Of a DNA stretch of 64,000 nucleotides, positions 21,857-30,522 are shown piece after piece. A program made the translations under genes and the position numbers. Every line of letters starts with the position of its first letter. Position 1 is the first letter of the stretch. A model generated the notes under the pieces. The model had not been told where the DNA came from and did not search any database. It worked only from the letters and a program-made list of their open reading frames with translations. The DNA comes from Trueperaceae bacterium (GTDB taxonomy: Bacteria > Deinococcota > Deinococci > Deinococcales > Trueperaceae): contig OZ243956.1 of assembly GCA_965214405.1 (NCBI GenBank), forward strand, positions 1,024,001-1,088,000, written 5' to 3'.

Positions 21857-22123
21857 TTAGCCGTGACCCGCACCGTCTTCTAGGGTGTCTGACTTGATAA
21901 GCGCGTCCATAACGGCCTCATCCAAAACGGCAGCGTGAACACGCAAGTGGGCGAGTGACTCGAGCAGTTCACCCTCGAGCGCGTCCCTCTCGCCCGCACC
22001 ACGCCCCGTATTTTTAAGGCGGCTCACAAGGTCACCGTACCTTTTTGCCTCCTGCGCCAGCTCATCCCATAACAGCGTGTTCGGCGCTTCGGCCCCCTCG
22101 GGAAGGTCCAAGATTGGGTTCAG
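21857..22123 (-). CDS. Small acidic helical hypothetical protein (start uncertain; CTG at 22123 overlaps the upstream stop)
   Basis: Open frame LWDELAQEA...LEGELLESLAHLRVHA; apparently coupled to ORF 22120-22314. Confidence 0.55.
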   Translation of the reverse strand: MNPILDLPEGAEAPNTLLWDELAQEAKRYGDLVSRLKNTGRGAGERDALEGELLESLAHLRVHAAVLDEAVMDALIKSDTLEDGAGHG

Positions 22124-22314
22124 CGTTTGTCTCTGAGGCGCTTTTCCTTGAGGTCTATTTGCAGTTGCCACGTCGCTATCTCCTTTTCCCAATGACGAAT
22201 GAGGCCAGAGTCGGGGGAGGATTGACGCATCTCGCTGGCAATCTTTGCTCGGTGTAGGTCAATTTGATTCTGCCAGCCAGCTATCTGCTTTCGGATGCGT
22301 TTGTTTTCACCCAC
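22120..22314 (-). CDS. Small basic coiled-coil hypothetical protein
   Basis: 64 aa, H..KI..E....PD.GLI.HWEKEI pattern; TAATCT box 6 bp before GTG. Confidence 0.65.
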   Translation of the reverse strand: MGENKRIRKQIAGWQNQIDLHRAKIASEMRQSSPDSGLIRHWEKEIATWQLQIDLKEKRLRDKR

Positions 22315-22474
22315 GCCTATAGATTAGCAGAGTGTGACGGGATAGCTCAGGAGCTACACCATATAGCAGTTCCATGACATACTGAGACAAATGAACGCAA
22401 CTATCATTGCCGAAACTGCGTGCTAGACAGTGCTTTGTATAGTAAGTGTGTCTCAAACCAGATGATACTTGCTA

Positions 22475-23293
22475 GGTTCTGTTGACATTCTCATGTAGTG
22501 AGTTATTAAGAAAGGGCATGAGCAAGGTGAAACTTAAGGCTAAACAGTGGCATAAAATCAGAACGTTCTTAGATGAGAACCCGCAGGTGTACGTGGGGCA
22601 AGAGAAGCAGTGCCGTAGATTTGTCGAAGGCGTACTTTGGCTGCTGCGGAGCGGTTCTCAGTGGCGGCTTCTTCCCAGGGAGTACGGCAAATGGAACAGT
22701 GCTTACAAGCGCTTTGACCGGTGGAGTGAGCGTGGCGTATGGCAGGAGCTATTCGAACACTTTGCGGATGACTCGGACATGGAAAGCGTCATGATAGACG
22801 GCTCCGTAGTACGGGCACATGCGTGCTCCGCGGGTGCGCCCTCTAAAAAAGGGGGCAAGAGGCGCAGAACTTAGGCTATAGTCGCGGTGGGTTTAGTACG
22901 AAGATACACGTGAGCGTCGACGCTCTAGGCAACCCGTTACGGCTGTTGCTCACCGCGGGACAAGCGCATGAAGCGCCACACGCTAGAGCGTTGCTAGCGG
23001 GTTATGAAGCTGAGTTCGTGATGGGCGACAAATCTTATGATGCTGAACATGTGCTCCTCACCATCGCCGAGATGGGTGCGCAAGCGGTGATTCCACCCAG
23101 AAGTAACCGCAACGAACAGCGCGAGTATGACCAAGAACTCTATAAAGAGCGTCACCTCGTTGAGTGTTTTTTCAACAAGCTTAAACGGTATAGGCGCTGC
23201 TTCTCACGCTTTGACAAACTGGCTCGTAACTACCTCAGTTTCTTGCACTTCGCTTCCGCTCTCATCTGGTTAAGGTGAAATGTCAACACAACC
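22475..23293 (+). mobile_element. IS5-family (IS427-type) insertion sequence, 819 bp
   Basis: IRs GGTTCTGTTGACATT / AATGTCAACACAACC (1 mismatch), inserted in CTAG with TA duplicated. Confidence 0.9.
22518..23278 (+). CDS. IS5 transposase, two ORFs joined by a -1 frameshift at AAAAAAG (22845-22851)
   Basis: ORF1 has W.LRSG.QWRLLP and IDGS; the -1 frame continues GYSRGGFSTKIH, DALGNP, GDKSYD, YKERHLVE. Confidence 0.88.
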
Positions 23294-23492
23294 TAGTAGA
23301 TATCGGAACGTTATGAAACGAAGGAGGTCAGAACAAGGGGCTCATCCGCTAAAATTAAGGTTGCGCTATTTTTACGCAGGTGGGGATGAACCGTGCTCGA
23401 GCCTTGGAAACTGGCCGCCCAAAAGGGTACGATTTTGCAAGTGAAGTTCTTAACGACCTTGTTGTCTTGGCAGTCTCGCTCTAGGAGTCATA

Positions 23493-24542
23493 GTGAATAG
23501 TTCAAAACAGTACAAAAAAATCCTCGTCACCGGCGGCGCGGGCTTTATCGGCTCGAGCTTCGTGCGCTTTATACTTAAAGAGCGGCCCGACGCGGAAATC
23601 ATCAACCTCGACCTGCTCACCTACGCGGGCAACCCGGAAAATCTGGCGGATGTGGAGGCGAGCCCGCGCTACCGTTTCGTGCAGGGCGACGTGAACGACG
23701 AGGCGCTGCTAGAAAGCCTGCTGGAGGGCTGCGACGCGGTGGTGCATTTTGCCGCCGAGACGCACGTGGACCGCTCGATCATGGACGCACGGCCCTTTGT
23801 TAGAGCGAACGTCATGGGCACGCAGACGCTGCTACAGGTTTTGCAGGATTTTCATGCGAGGGGCGACGCCAAACGCCTCATCCACGTGAGCACCGACGAG
23901 GTCTACGGGGCGCTACCGCTCGAGCCCGCCAGCTTAAAATTTACCGAAAGCACCCCGCTGGCCCCCCGAAGCCCCTACGCGGCCTCTAAAGCCGCCTCCG
24001 ACCTCCTCGTGCTGGCGGCGCACGAAACGTACGGCCTGGACGCGTCTATCACCCGCTGCTCGAACAACTTCGGTCCCTACCAATTTCCTGAAAAAGTCAT
24101 CCCGCTCTTTGTAATGAATTTGTTGGACGATAAGCGCGTGCCTCTTTATGGCGACGGTCAAAACGTGCGCGACTGGCTGCACGTCCTCGACCACTGCGAG
24201 GCGGTGCTGCGGGTGCTGGAAGCGGGCGCGCCGGGCGAGGTCTACAACATCGGCGGCGACAACGAACGCAGCAATCTGGAACTCACCCAAACCATTCTGA
24301 AAATCATGGGTAAAGACGAAAGGATGATCGAGCGCGTCAAGGACCGCCCCGGCCACGACCGGCGTTACGCGATTGACGCGTCGAAGGTGGCGCGAGAGCT
24401 TTCTTGGCGTCCCTCCCGCTCGGCCTGGCCGGAGGCGCTGGAAGAAACCGTCAGGTGGTACGCCGAGCATCCGGAATGGTGCGCGCGCGTTCAGAGCGGG
24501 GCCTACCGCGACTACTATCAGAAGCAGTATGTGGAGCGTTGA
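23493..24542 (+). CDS. rfbB: dTDP-glucose 4,6-dehydratase
   Basis: TGGAGFIGS, LTYAGN, AAETHVDRS, STDEVYG, YAASK, DRPGHDRRY motifs. Confidence 0.96.
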   Translation: MNSSKQYKKILVTGGAGFIGSSFVRFILKERPDAEIINLDLLTYAGNPENLADVEASPRYRFVQGDVNDEALLESLLEGCDAVVHFAAETHVDRSIMDARPFVRANVMGTQTLLQVLQDFHARGDAKRLIHVSTDEVYGALPLEPASLKFTESTPLAPRSPYAASKAASDLLVLAAHETYGLDASITRCSNNFGPYQFPEKVIPLFVMNLLDDKRVPLYGDGQNVRDWLHVLDHCEAVLRVLEAGAPGEVYNIGGDNERSNLELTQTILKIMGKDERMIERVKDRPGHDRRYAIDASKVARELSWRPSRSAWPEALEETVRWYAEHPEWCARVQSGAYRDYYQKQYVER

Positions 24543-24599
24543 GCGTCCAGCGAAATCCCGCACAAACGCCCGCGCCCACAGTAGAGTAGACTGGTGGGC

Positions 24600-25454
24600 A
24601 TGAACGCTTCTCTGCGCCGCTCTTCGGGTGCCAAGCGCGCGCTTGGCGCTTGGGATTCTCTCACGGGGCCGCTCTACTGGTTTTACGAACGCTCGCTCCT
24701 GCGCGCCGTCCACCAAGAAGGCACGCTGCCCAAACACATCGGCATCATCATGGACGGCAACCGCCGCTTCGCGCGCACCGTCGGTCTGGACGTCAAAACG
24801 GGCCACAACTACGGCGCGGGCAAGGCGCGCGAGGTGCTCGACTGGTGTTTGGAACTGCGCATCAAACACGTGACCATCTGGGGCTTTTCCACCGATAACA
24901 AGGGCCGCAAGCCCGACGAGGTCGCGCACCTCCACACGCTGTTCGCGCAGCAGGCCAAGGATTTAATCTCCGACACGCGCCTCCACGAAAACAGGGTGCG
25001 CGTGCGCGTGATTGGCGACATCGACGACTTCCCCGACGATACCAAGGAGGCGCTGCGCGAGATGGAGCGCGCCACCGAAGATTACGGCGGGATGCACCTC
25101 AACGTCGCGCTCGGCTACGGCGGGCGCGAAGAAATCGTGGCGGCAGTGCGAAAGCTCTTGCGCGAAAAGTTGGGTGACGGCCTGAGCGACCTCAGTGACG
25201 AGACCGACCTCCACACGCTTTTGGAGCACGTCAACGCCGAAGAGATAGGCCGCCACCTCTACACCGCCGGAGTACCCGACCCGGACTTTGTGATTCGCAC
25301 CTCCGGCGAGGTGCGCTTGTCGGGCTTTTTGCTCTGGCAAACCGCCTACAGCGAATTCTACTTCTGCGACGCCTTTTGGCCGAGCTTTCGCAAGGTCGAC
25401 TTTTTACGCGCCATCCGCGACTTTCAGGCTCGAGAACGCCGCTTCGGCCAGTAG
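24600..25454 (+). CDS. uppS: cis-isoprenyl diphosphate synthase (UppS family)
   Basis: HIGIIMDGNRR, FSTDN, YGGREE, IRTSGEVRLSGFLLWQ, RRFG motifs. Confidence 0.9.
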   Translation: MNASLRRSSGAKRALGAWDSLTGPLYWFYERSLLRAVHQEGTLPKHIGIIMDGNRRFARTVGLDVKTGHNYGAGKAREVLDWCLELRIKHVTIWGFSTDNKGRKPDEVAHLHTLFAQQAKDLISDTRLHENRVRVRVIGDIDDFPDDTKEALREMERATEDYGGMHLNVALGYGGREEIVAAVRKLLREKLGDGLSDLSDETDLHTLLEHVNAEEIGRHLYTAGVPDPDFVIRTSGEVRLSGFLLWQTAYSEFYFCDAFWPSFRKVDFLRAIRDFQARERRFGQ

Positions 25455-25529
25455 ACAGCGAGTAAGCAACACAAAATTTAGTGGGGTACACACCCGGTTC
25501 GGCTCGTTAAAGCTTGGTATAAGAGGTAC

Positions 25530-26582
25530 ATGGGTCCCTTTGTCGCTATCATCATGGCCGGGGGCAAGGGTCAACGCTTCTGGCCCTTGTCAACCGCCGA
25601 CAAACCCAAGCAGTTTTTGGACCTGGAGCACACGGGCCGCACCCTGCTGCAAAGCACCTTTGACCGCGTCCTGCCCCTTGTAGAGGGCGAAGCGCACGTG
25701 TTCGTCGCCACCGCCGAACGCTACGCCGCTCTGGTTCGCTCGCAGCTCCCGACGCTCCCCGCCCACAACCTCATTATCGAGCCCGAGGGCCGCGACTCGG
25801 CCCCCGCCGTGGCGCTGGCGTCGCTTACCGTGGCGCGTCGCATCGCGGGAGCCACGCTGGGTTTTTTCTCCGCCGACCACCGCATCACAGGCGTGCCGAC
25901 TTTTCACGCTCGAGTCCAGGGGGCCGCACAGTTAGCCGAGGAAACGGGAGGACTCGTCGCGCTGGGCATTACCCCCACGCACCCCGCGACGGGTTACGGC
26001 TACATCCAAGCGGGTGAACGCGCGGGCGAGCACGGCTTTAGGGTGGCCCGTTTTGTGGAAAAGCCTAACCAGCGGCAGGCGCAGCGCCTCTTAAAGCTCG
26101 GCGGTCACTACTGGAACGCGGGCATTTTCGTGTGGACTACCGAGGCCATTCTGGATGAGTTCCGCCGCCACGCGCCGGGCATCGTCGAGCCGCTCGAGCG
26201 CGCGTTTGCAGAAGACCGAGTGAACGAAGTTTTCCCGACCTTAGAAAAAATCAGCATCGACTACGCGGTGATGGAGCGTACCGACAAGGCTTACGTGGTG
26301 CCCGGCGATTTCGATTGGGACGATATTGGCGATTGGGTCGCGCTCGAGCGCCTCCTAAACCGGAGCGAGGCCAACACCGTGGTCGGCAAGCACGTGGGGC
26401 TCGAGACCTCGGGCAACATCATCTACACTGAGAACCCCGAAGACACCATCGTCACGCTGGGCGTCGAAAATCTCGTCATCGTTAAGCGCGGGAACACCTT
26501 GCTGTTGGTGCGCAAGGACCGCGTGCAGGACATCAAAAAGCTCTTGGCGGACGAGCGGCTGGCGGAGTTGGTGGTGAAGTAG
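25530..26582 (+). CDS. manC: Mannose-1-phosphate guanylyltransferase
   Basis: MAGGKGQRFWPLS, PKQFL, TGYGYI, FVEKP, SIDYAVME, WDDIG motifs. Confidence 0.93.
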   Translation: MGPFVAIIMAGGKGQRFWPLSTADKPKQFLDLEHTGRTLLQSTFDRVLPLVEGEAHVFVATAERYAALVRSQLPTLPAHNLIIEPEGRDSAPAVALASLTVARRIAGATLGFFSADHRITGVPTFHARVQGAAQLAEETGGLVALGITPTHPATGYGYIQAGERAGEHGFRVARFVEKPNQRQAQRLLKLGGHYWNAGIFVWTTEAILDEFRRHAPGIVEPLERAFAEDRVNEVFPTLEKISIDYAVMERTDKAYVVPGDFDWDDIGDWVALERLLNRSEANTVVGKHVGLETSGNIIYTENPEDTIVTLGVENLVIVKRGNTLLLVRKDRVQDIKKLLADERLAELVVK

Positions 26583-26747
26583 CAGCGCGTAAGAGGTTTG
26601 GTCGGACGTTAACGCTTTGGCTTTTAACGCGTTGGCTAAATGGATGGGGATGTCGTACTCAGCCTTTTCAGCCTCCGCTATGAGAAGAGGGAGCAAGTTG
26701 AGCGGTTTCATCCGTTGGCTCTTACAGACGCGCAGAGGTCTTGACCT

Positions 26748-28727
26748 TTAGTTAAGGTTTCTCTTGAAAACTCCCCCGGTACGGAGCGCTCGCAGGTGCT
26801 CGAGCTTGCTGAGGTCGGCGAGGAGAGCCTGCCAGCTTTCGGCCACCTCGAGGGGCGACAGGAGTCCTGAAGCGCCGAACACCTCCAGACAAACCGAGAC
26901 AATCGCGGGGTCAAACTGGCTACCGCTGTTGCGGGCAATTTCTTGAAGCGTTTCCTCGACCGACCAGGCCGCTTTGTAGGGGCGCTCGTGGGTAAGCGCG
27001 TCCAGCACGTCGGCGACCGAGACGATGCGCGCCGCCTGCGGGATATCCTCCCCGGCGAGCTTGTTGGGGTAGCCGCGCCCGTCCCACCTCTCGTGGTGGG
27101 CCGCGGTGACCTTTTCCGCCAAGTGCAAGAGGGGCGAGTGACCGTCCGCTAAGATGCGCGCGCCGATAGCGGGGTGCGTCCGCATGATCCCAAACTCCTC
27201 ATCGGTCAGCTTGCCGGGCTTGAGCAAAATCGTGTCCGAGACGCCTATCTTGCCTACGTCATGTAGGCGCGCGGCGGTGTAGAGGAGCTGAACATCTTTG
27301 AGCGGCCAGCCGAGCACATAAGCGATGAGGGCCGCTGTTCTGCCGACCCTGCGGGTATGAACGCCCGTGTCGTCGTCGCGGTATTCCGCGGCCACGGCGA
27401 GCCGGGTGACGATCTCAATCTGGGCCTCTTCTAGGTCGGCGGTGCGCTCTTGCACCAGGCGCTCCGCCTCTTCAAACGCGCGCTTGCTCACTTCCGACCT
27501 GAGGCGGTACTCTTCCGCCTCATACCTTATCTTCTCTAGGTCAAACTTGAGCGTCAGGCGGCGCGTTTTCTCCTCGTTCTCTTCGCTAAATATCCGCTCC
27601 TTGAGGTCGTGAAAGGCCTCTAAGTGGTAGACCGCTTTTTCAAAAGCGCCTTGCGCTTTGTAGGCGCTCGCCAAGAGTTTATGCGCTTCATAAAGCGCGC
27701 GGGGCCGCTCCGTCTGCTCGGCGATGAGGAGCGCTGCAAGCGCGCGCGCGGTGGCCTCGCCAAAGGACCGCGTGGCGAGCTCGTCTTTGGCGAGGTTGAG
27801 TAGCGCGCTGAGCAAACTGGCTTTGTCATCAATGGCTGTGGCTAGGTCAACAGCCTGCTGATGTGCAGTTTTGGCTCTGGCAAATAGAGCTTTACGGTAG
27901 TAGACGTTACCCAAGCCCTCTACAGCGTTGAGCTGGAAAACAGCGAGACCATTATCTACACTGAGAGCACGACCAGTTTCAAAGGAAGCTTCCGCAGCCT
28001 CGAGTTTCCCCATCTCCAAATAAACTTCGGCTAAATTGATGCGAGAAACAATTTCTATCACGTGGTCATTCAGATGAGCCGCGATATCCAGGGCTTCCTC
28101 ATAAAAAGTTTTTGCGCGCTCAAATTTACCCAGTGCAGCGTAGGTGAGGCCCAAATCCTGTAAATTGATAGCGGCGCTACGCGAACCTGGGTCGCACTCT
28201 TTAAGCAGGTCATAAGCCTTGCGCAACGAAACCAAGGCATCTTGATACTCCGAGAGGTCACGGTAGATGCTTCCGGCATTAGTAAGCACGTTCGCCCACA
28301 TCTTCTTCTGCCCAAGGCGCTCAAATAGGACACCCGCTTGCTCCAAAAACTTCAGGGCCGAGGGCGCGTCACCTTGAAGCGCAAATACGCTTGCTAACTG
28401 GTTTAGCGCGTTTGCTTCGGGTTCAGGTAGATCGTGAAGCCGCGCGCAACCCAGCGCCTCCTCAAAGGCGGCCTTGGCCTCTTCGAACGAGCCCCGCTCC
28501 CGCAGGAGCTTACCCAGGAGCAGCGCGGCCTCCGCTTTTTGCGGCGGTGTTGCACAGGTATCCGGCTCCGCAGGAGGTCGCGTGAGCAGGGCGTAGGCGT
28601 CGTCAAACTGGCCGAGCGCGAAAGCTTGTTGCGCTTCCTCGAGTTGGGGAGCGCCGATAGACTCGAGCACGGCCTGTGGTGCCTCTTTGGGGTGACCCCC
28701 GGTCTGTTTTTGCGTTGCTTCTTTCAT
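26748..28727 (-). CDS. TPR-repeat + HD-GYP c-di-GMP phosphodiesterase
   Basis: N-terminal TPR-like repeats; C-terminal EYRDDDTGVH, LHDVGKIG, HHERWDGRGYP and VADVLDAL...RPYK. Confidence 0.92.
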   Translation of the reverse strand: MKEATQKQTGGHPKEAPQAVLESIGAPQLEEAQQAFALGQFDDAYALLTRPPAEPDTCATPPQKAEAALLLGKLLRERGSFEEAKAAFEEALGCARLHDLPEPEANALNQLASVFALQGDAPSALKFLEQAGVLFERLGQKKMWANVLTNAGSIYRDLSEYQDALVSLRKAYDLLKECDPGSRSAAINLQDLGLTYAALGKFERAKTFYEEALDIAAHLNDHVIEIVSRINLAEVYLEMGKLEAAEASFETGRALSVDNGLAVFQLNAVEGLGNVYYRKALFARAKTAHQQAVDLATAIDDKASLLSALLNLAKDELATRSFGEATARALAALLIAEQTERPRALYEAHKLLASAYKAQGAFEKAVYHLEAFHDLKERIFSEENEEKTRRLTLKFDLEKIRYEAEEYRLRSEVSKRAFEEAERLVQERTADLEEAQIEIVTRLAVAAEYRDDDTGVHTRRVGRTAALIAYVLGWPLKDVQLLYTAARLHDVGKIGVSDTILLKPGKLTDEEFGIMRTHPAIGARILADGHSPLLHLAEKVTAAHHERWDGRGYPNKLAGEDIPQAARIVSVADVLDALTHERPYKAAWSVEETLQEIARNSGSQFDPAIVSVCLEVFGASGLLSPLEVAESWQALLADLSKLEHLRALRTGGVFKRNLN

Positions 28728-28796
28728 ACGGTTGCCCCCTTTGTAAAAGAGCGTTTTGGGCGTGACGACACATCTACTGCTCTATAACCTAGTGAG

Positions 28797-28831
28797 AGGG
28801 TAGCGGAAAGGCTGTCACACAAAACTTACAA
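28797..28831 (-). promoter_or_regulatory. Putative promoter of the HD-GYP gene: TTGTAAG-N5-TGTGACA box, then TACCCT -10 after 10 bp
   Basis: Same layout recurs upstream of the S8 gene at 30352-30386. Confidence 0.5.
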
Positions 28832-28832
28832 A

Positions 28833-28876
28833 GTAGGCCCAGGGGGCGGTAGCAAGCTACCGCCCCCTGGGCCTAC
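28833..28876 (-). terminator. Intrinsic terminator / strong hairpin after the S8 gene
   Basis: Perfect 21-bp inverted repeat GTAGGCCCAGGGGGCGGTAGC-aa-GCTACCGCCCCCTGGGCCTAC followed on the minus strand by TTTGTAAGTTTT. Confidence 0.8.
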
Positions 28877-28894
28877 GGTCTTAAAACCACCGTT

Positions 28895-30223
28895 TTACTT
28901 TAAGACGTCGTTCAAGAACACGACCAGGTCAAGGCGGCCTTTACCCAGACCGTCTTTGTAGTTGTGGTTCGCTCCCACGTCGTAAAGTTTGTCCATCACC
29001 TTTTCCGTCACGAGCTTGGGCAGTTCTTCAACCTTTTTGTCCAGACTGGGTTCGCCCAGCGCGAGGGCCAGCGCGCCCGAGACCATCGGCGCGGCGAACG
29101 AGGTGCCGCTCGAGTAGGTGACCCGCGCGTCAGGATAGGCGGTAAAGATGGACTCTCCGGGCGCGGCCATTTCCACCTTTTCCTTTTGATAGGTGGAGAA
29201 GGAAGATTTTTCATCCTTGGCGTTGACGCTGCCGACGCTGATCAGGGTGTCCGAGAAACTGCTGCCTGTGACCGCGCTGTTGGCCGGGAAGGTGACGTTT
29301 CTGTCACCGGAGTTGCCCGCGGAGGTGACCACGGCCACCCTGTTGTTTTTGGCCTTTTCCAGAACCCGCTCGACAGACCTTGAACCTTGGCTCGAGCCCA
29401 AAGACACGTTGATAACGTCGGCCCCATGTCTGATGGCCCAGTCTATGGCTAATACCAGGTCGTCCGTGTCACCAGAACCGTCCGAATTCAGGATGCGCAG
29501 CGGCATGATTTTGGCTAAGGGAGCCACTTGCAAAACAACCCCGGCGACCGCGGTGCCGTGACCGTAACTTATCCCCACGCCTTCTTCTTGAGGCAGGGCG
29601 TCGTTGCCTATAAAGTCCCAGCCGTTAACCAGGCGGCCCGCGAAAACGGGGTGCTTGAGGTCTACGCCTGTGTCGATAACCGCGACGACGACGCCTTCAC
29701 CTAAGCGGGGAGCGAGTTCAGTATGAGCTTTGTAGAGGCCAATCTTTTCCCAGAACGGATAGTTGTCAAGCGGCGTGTAAGTTGGCGCACCCCCAGCCCA
29801 AGCTCTCACGCCTCCGGCCCAAGCTCTTACGCCTCCGGCCCAGGTTCTCACGCCTCCGGCCCAAGCTCTTACACCTCCGGCCCAAGCTCTTACACCCTGC
29901 GCACCCAGTTCAGGCGAGGAAAAGGTGTCCTGGTTTTGGTCGGTCGAGAGGGTGGTTAACATGCCTTCTTTTTCGGTAAAGCCCAGAACCGCAAAGCCTT
30001 CTTCGGCGTCCATGAGGATGACCTCGCCGCCGTAGAGCGCCTCGAGTTCAGCCTCGGTCATGCCCGGCGCTACATCAAGAGAGGTGATGCGGGAAAAATC
30101 GCTCGAGGGTTGACTGTCTACTTGGGGAACCCCGGTCGTGCTGCAAGCGGCCAGAAACAGCGCGGTCAGGCCCACAGAAAAGTAGCGAGCGAGGTGTTGC
30201 GGTTTATGCAGAATGTGATGCAA
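28895..30223 (-). CDS. Lipoprotein S8 (subtilisin-like) serine peptidase with 5 tandem GVR(A/T)WAG repeats
   Basis: Lipobox FLAAC; triad VIDTG, GHGTAVAG, GTSFAAP; oxyanion SAGN; GGAGG RBS before TTG. Confidence 0.92.
   Translation of the reverse strand: MHHILHKPQHLARYFSVGLTALFLAACSTTGVPQVDSQPSSDFSRITSLDVAPGMTEAELEALYGGEVILMDAEEGFAVLGFTEKEGMLTTLSTDQNQDTFSSPELGAQGVRAWAGGVRAWAGGVRTWAGGVRAWAGGVRAWAGGAPTYTPLDNYPFWEKIGLYKAHTELAPRLGEGVVVAVIDTGVDLKHPVFAGRLVNGWDFIGNDALPQEEGVGISYGHGTAVAGVVLQVAPLAKIMPLRILNSDGSGDTDDLVLAIDWAIRHGADVINVSLGSSQGSRSVERVLEKAKNNRVAVVTSAGNSGDRNVTFPANSAVTGSSFSDTLISVGSVNAKDEKSSFSTYQKEKVEMAAPGESIFTAYPDARVTYSSGTSFAAPMVSGALALALGEPSLDKKVEELPKLVTEKVMDKLYDVGANHNYKDGLGKGRLDLVVFLNDVLK
29793..29897 (-). 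repeat. 5 x 21-bp coding tandem repeat (GVRAWAG) in the S8 pro-region
   Basis: Plus-strand units of the form CCGGCCCAAGCTCTTACGCCT with mostly synonymous variation. Confidence 0.95.
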
Positions 30224-30351
30224 GATGATCCTCCAAGGATTTGGCGAGAGGTGACGCGTTACAGCGTGCTGTTACGCTTTTTGCGGCGGACGGCGGCGCT
30301 TTACCCCCCTTCGGGGAGGGTGGCGTTTTTGCGAACGCAACCTTGAAGAGA

Positions 30352-30386
30352 AGCGTAAAGTATGTGTTCTCACGAAATCCTTACAA
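30352..30386 (-). promoter_or_regulatory. Putative promoter of the S8 gene: TTGTAAG-N5-CGTGAGA box, then TACGCT -10 after 10 bp
   Basis: Same layout as 28797-28831. Confidence 0.5.
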
Positions 30387-30522
30387 TCAGGAGGATGCGA
30401 AACTGCGGGCACCGCCAAAAAATGACAAATGAGCAAAAAAGGAGCGTGCGCGGCGAGCTTTCTGCCGCGCACGCTCGAGGTCTTCTTAGAAAACCCCGCT
30501 CTAACTCCCATTCAGCTCATCT

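Noticed and set aside
29793..29897. 21-bp repeats (also 40313-40420) as a CRISPR array
   Set aside because: Head-to-tail with no spacers, in frame within proteins, and no cas genes nearby
30224..30350. c-di-GMP riboswitch in the S8 leader
   Set aside because: Contains a small hairpin, but I could not match class I or II consensus elements
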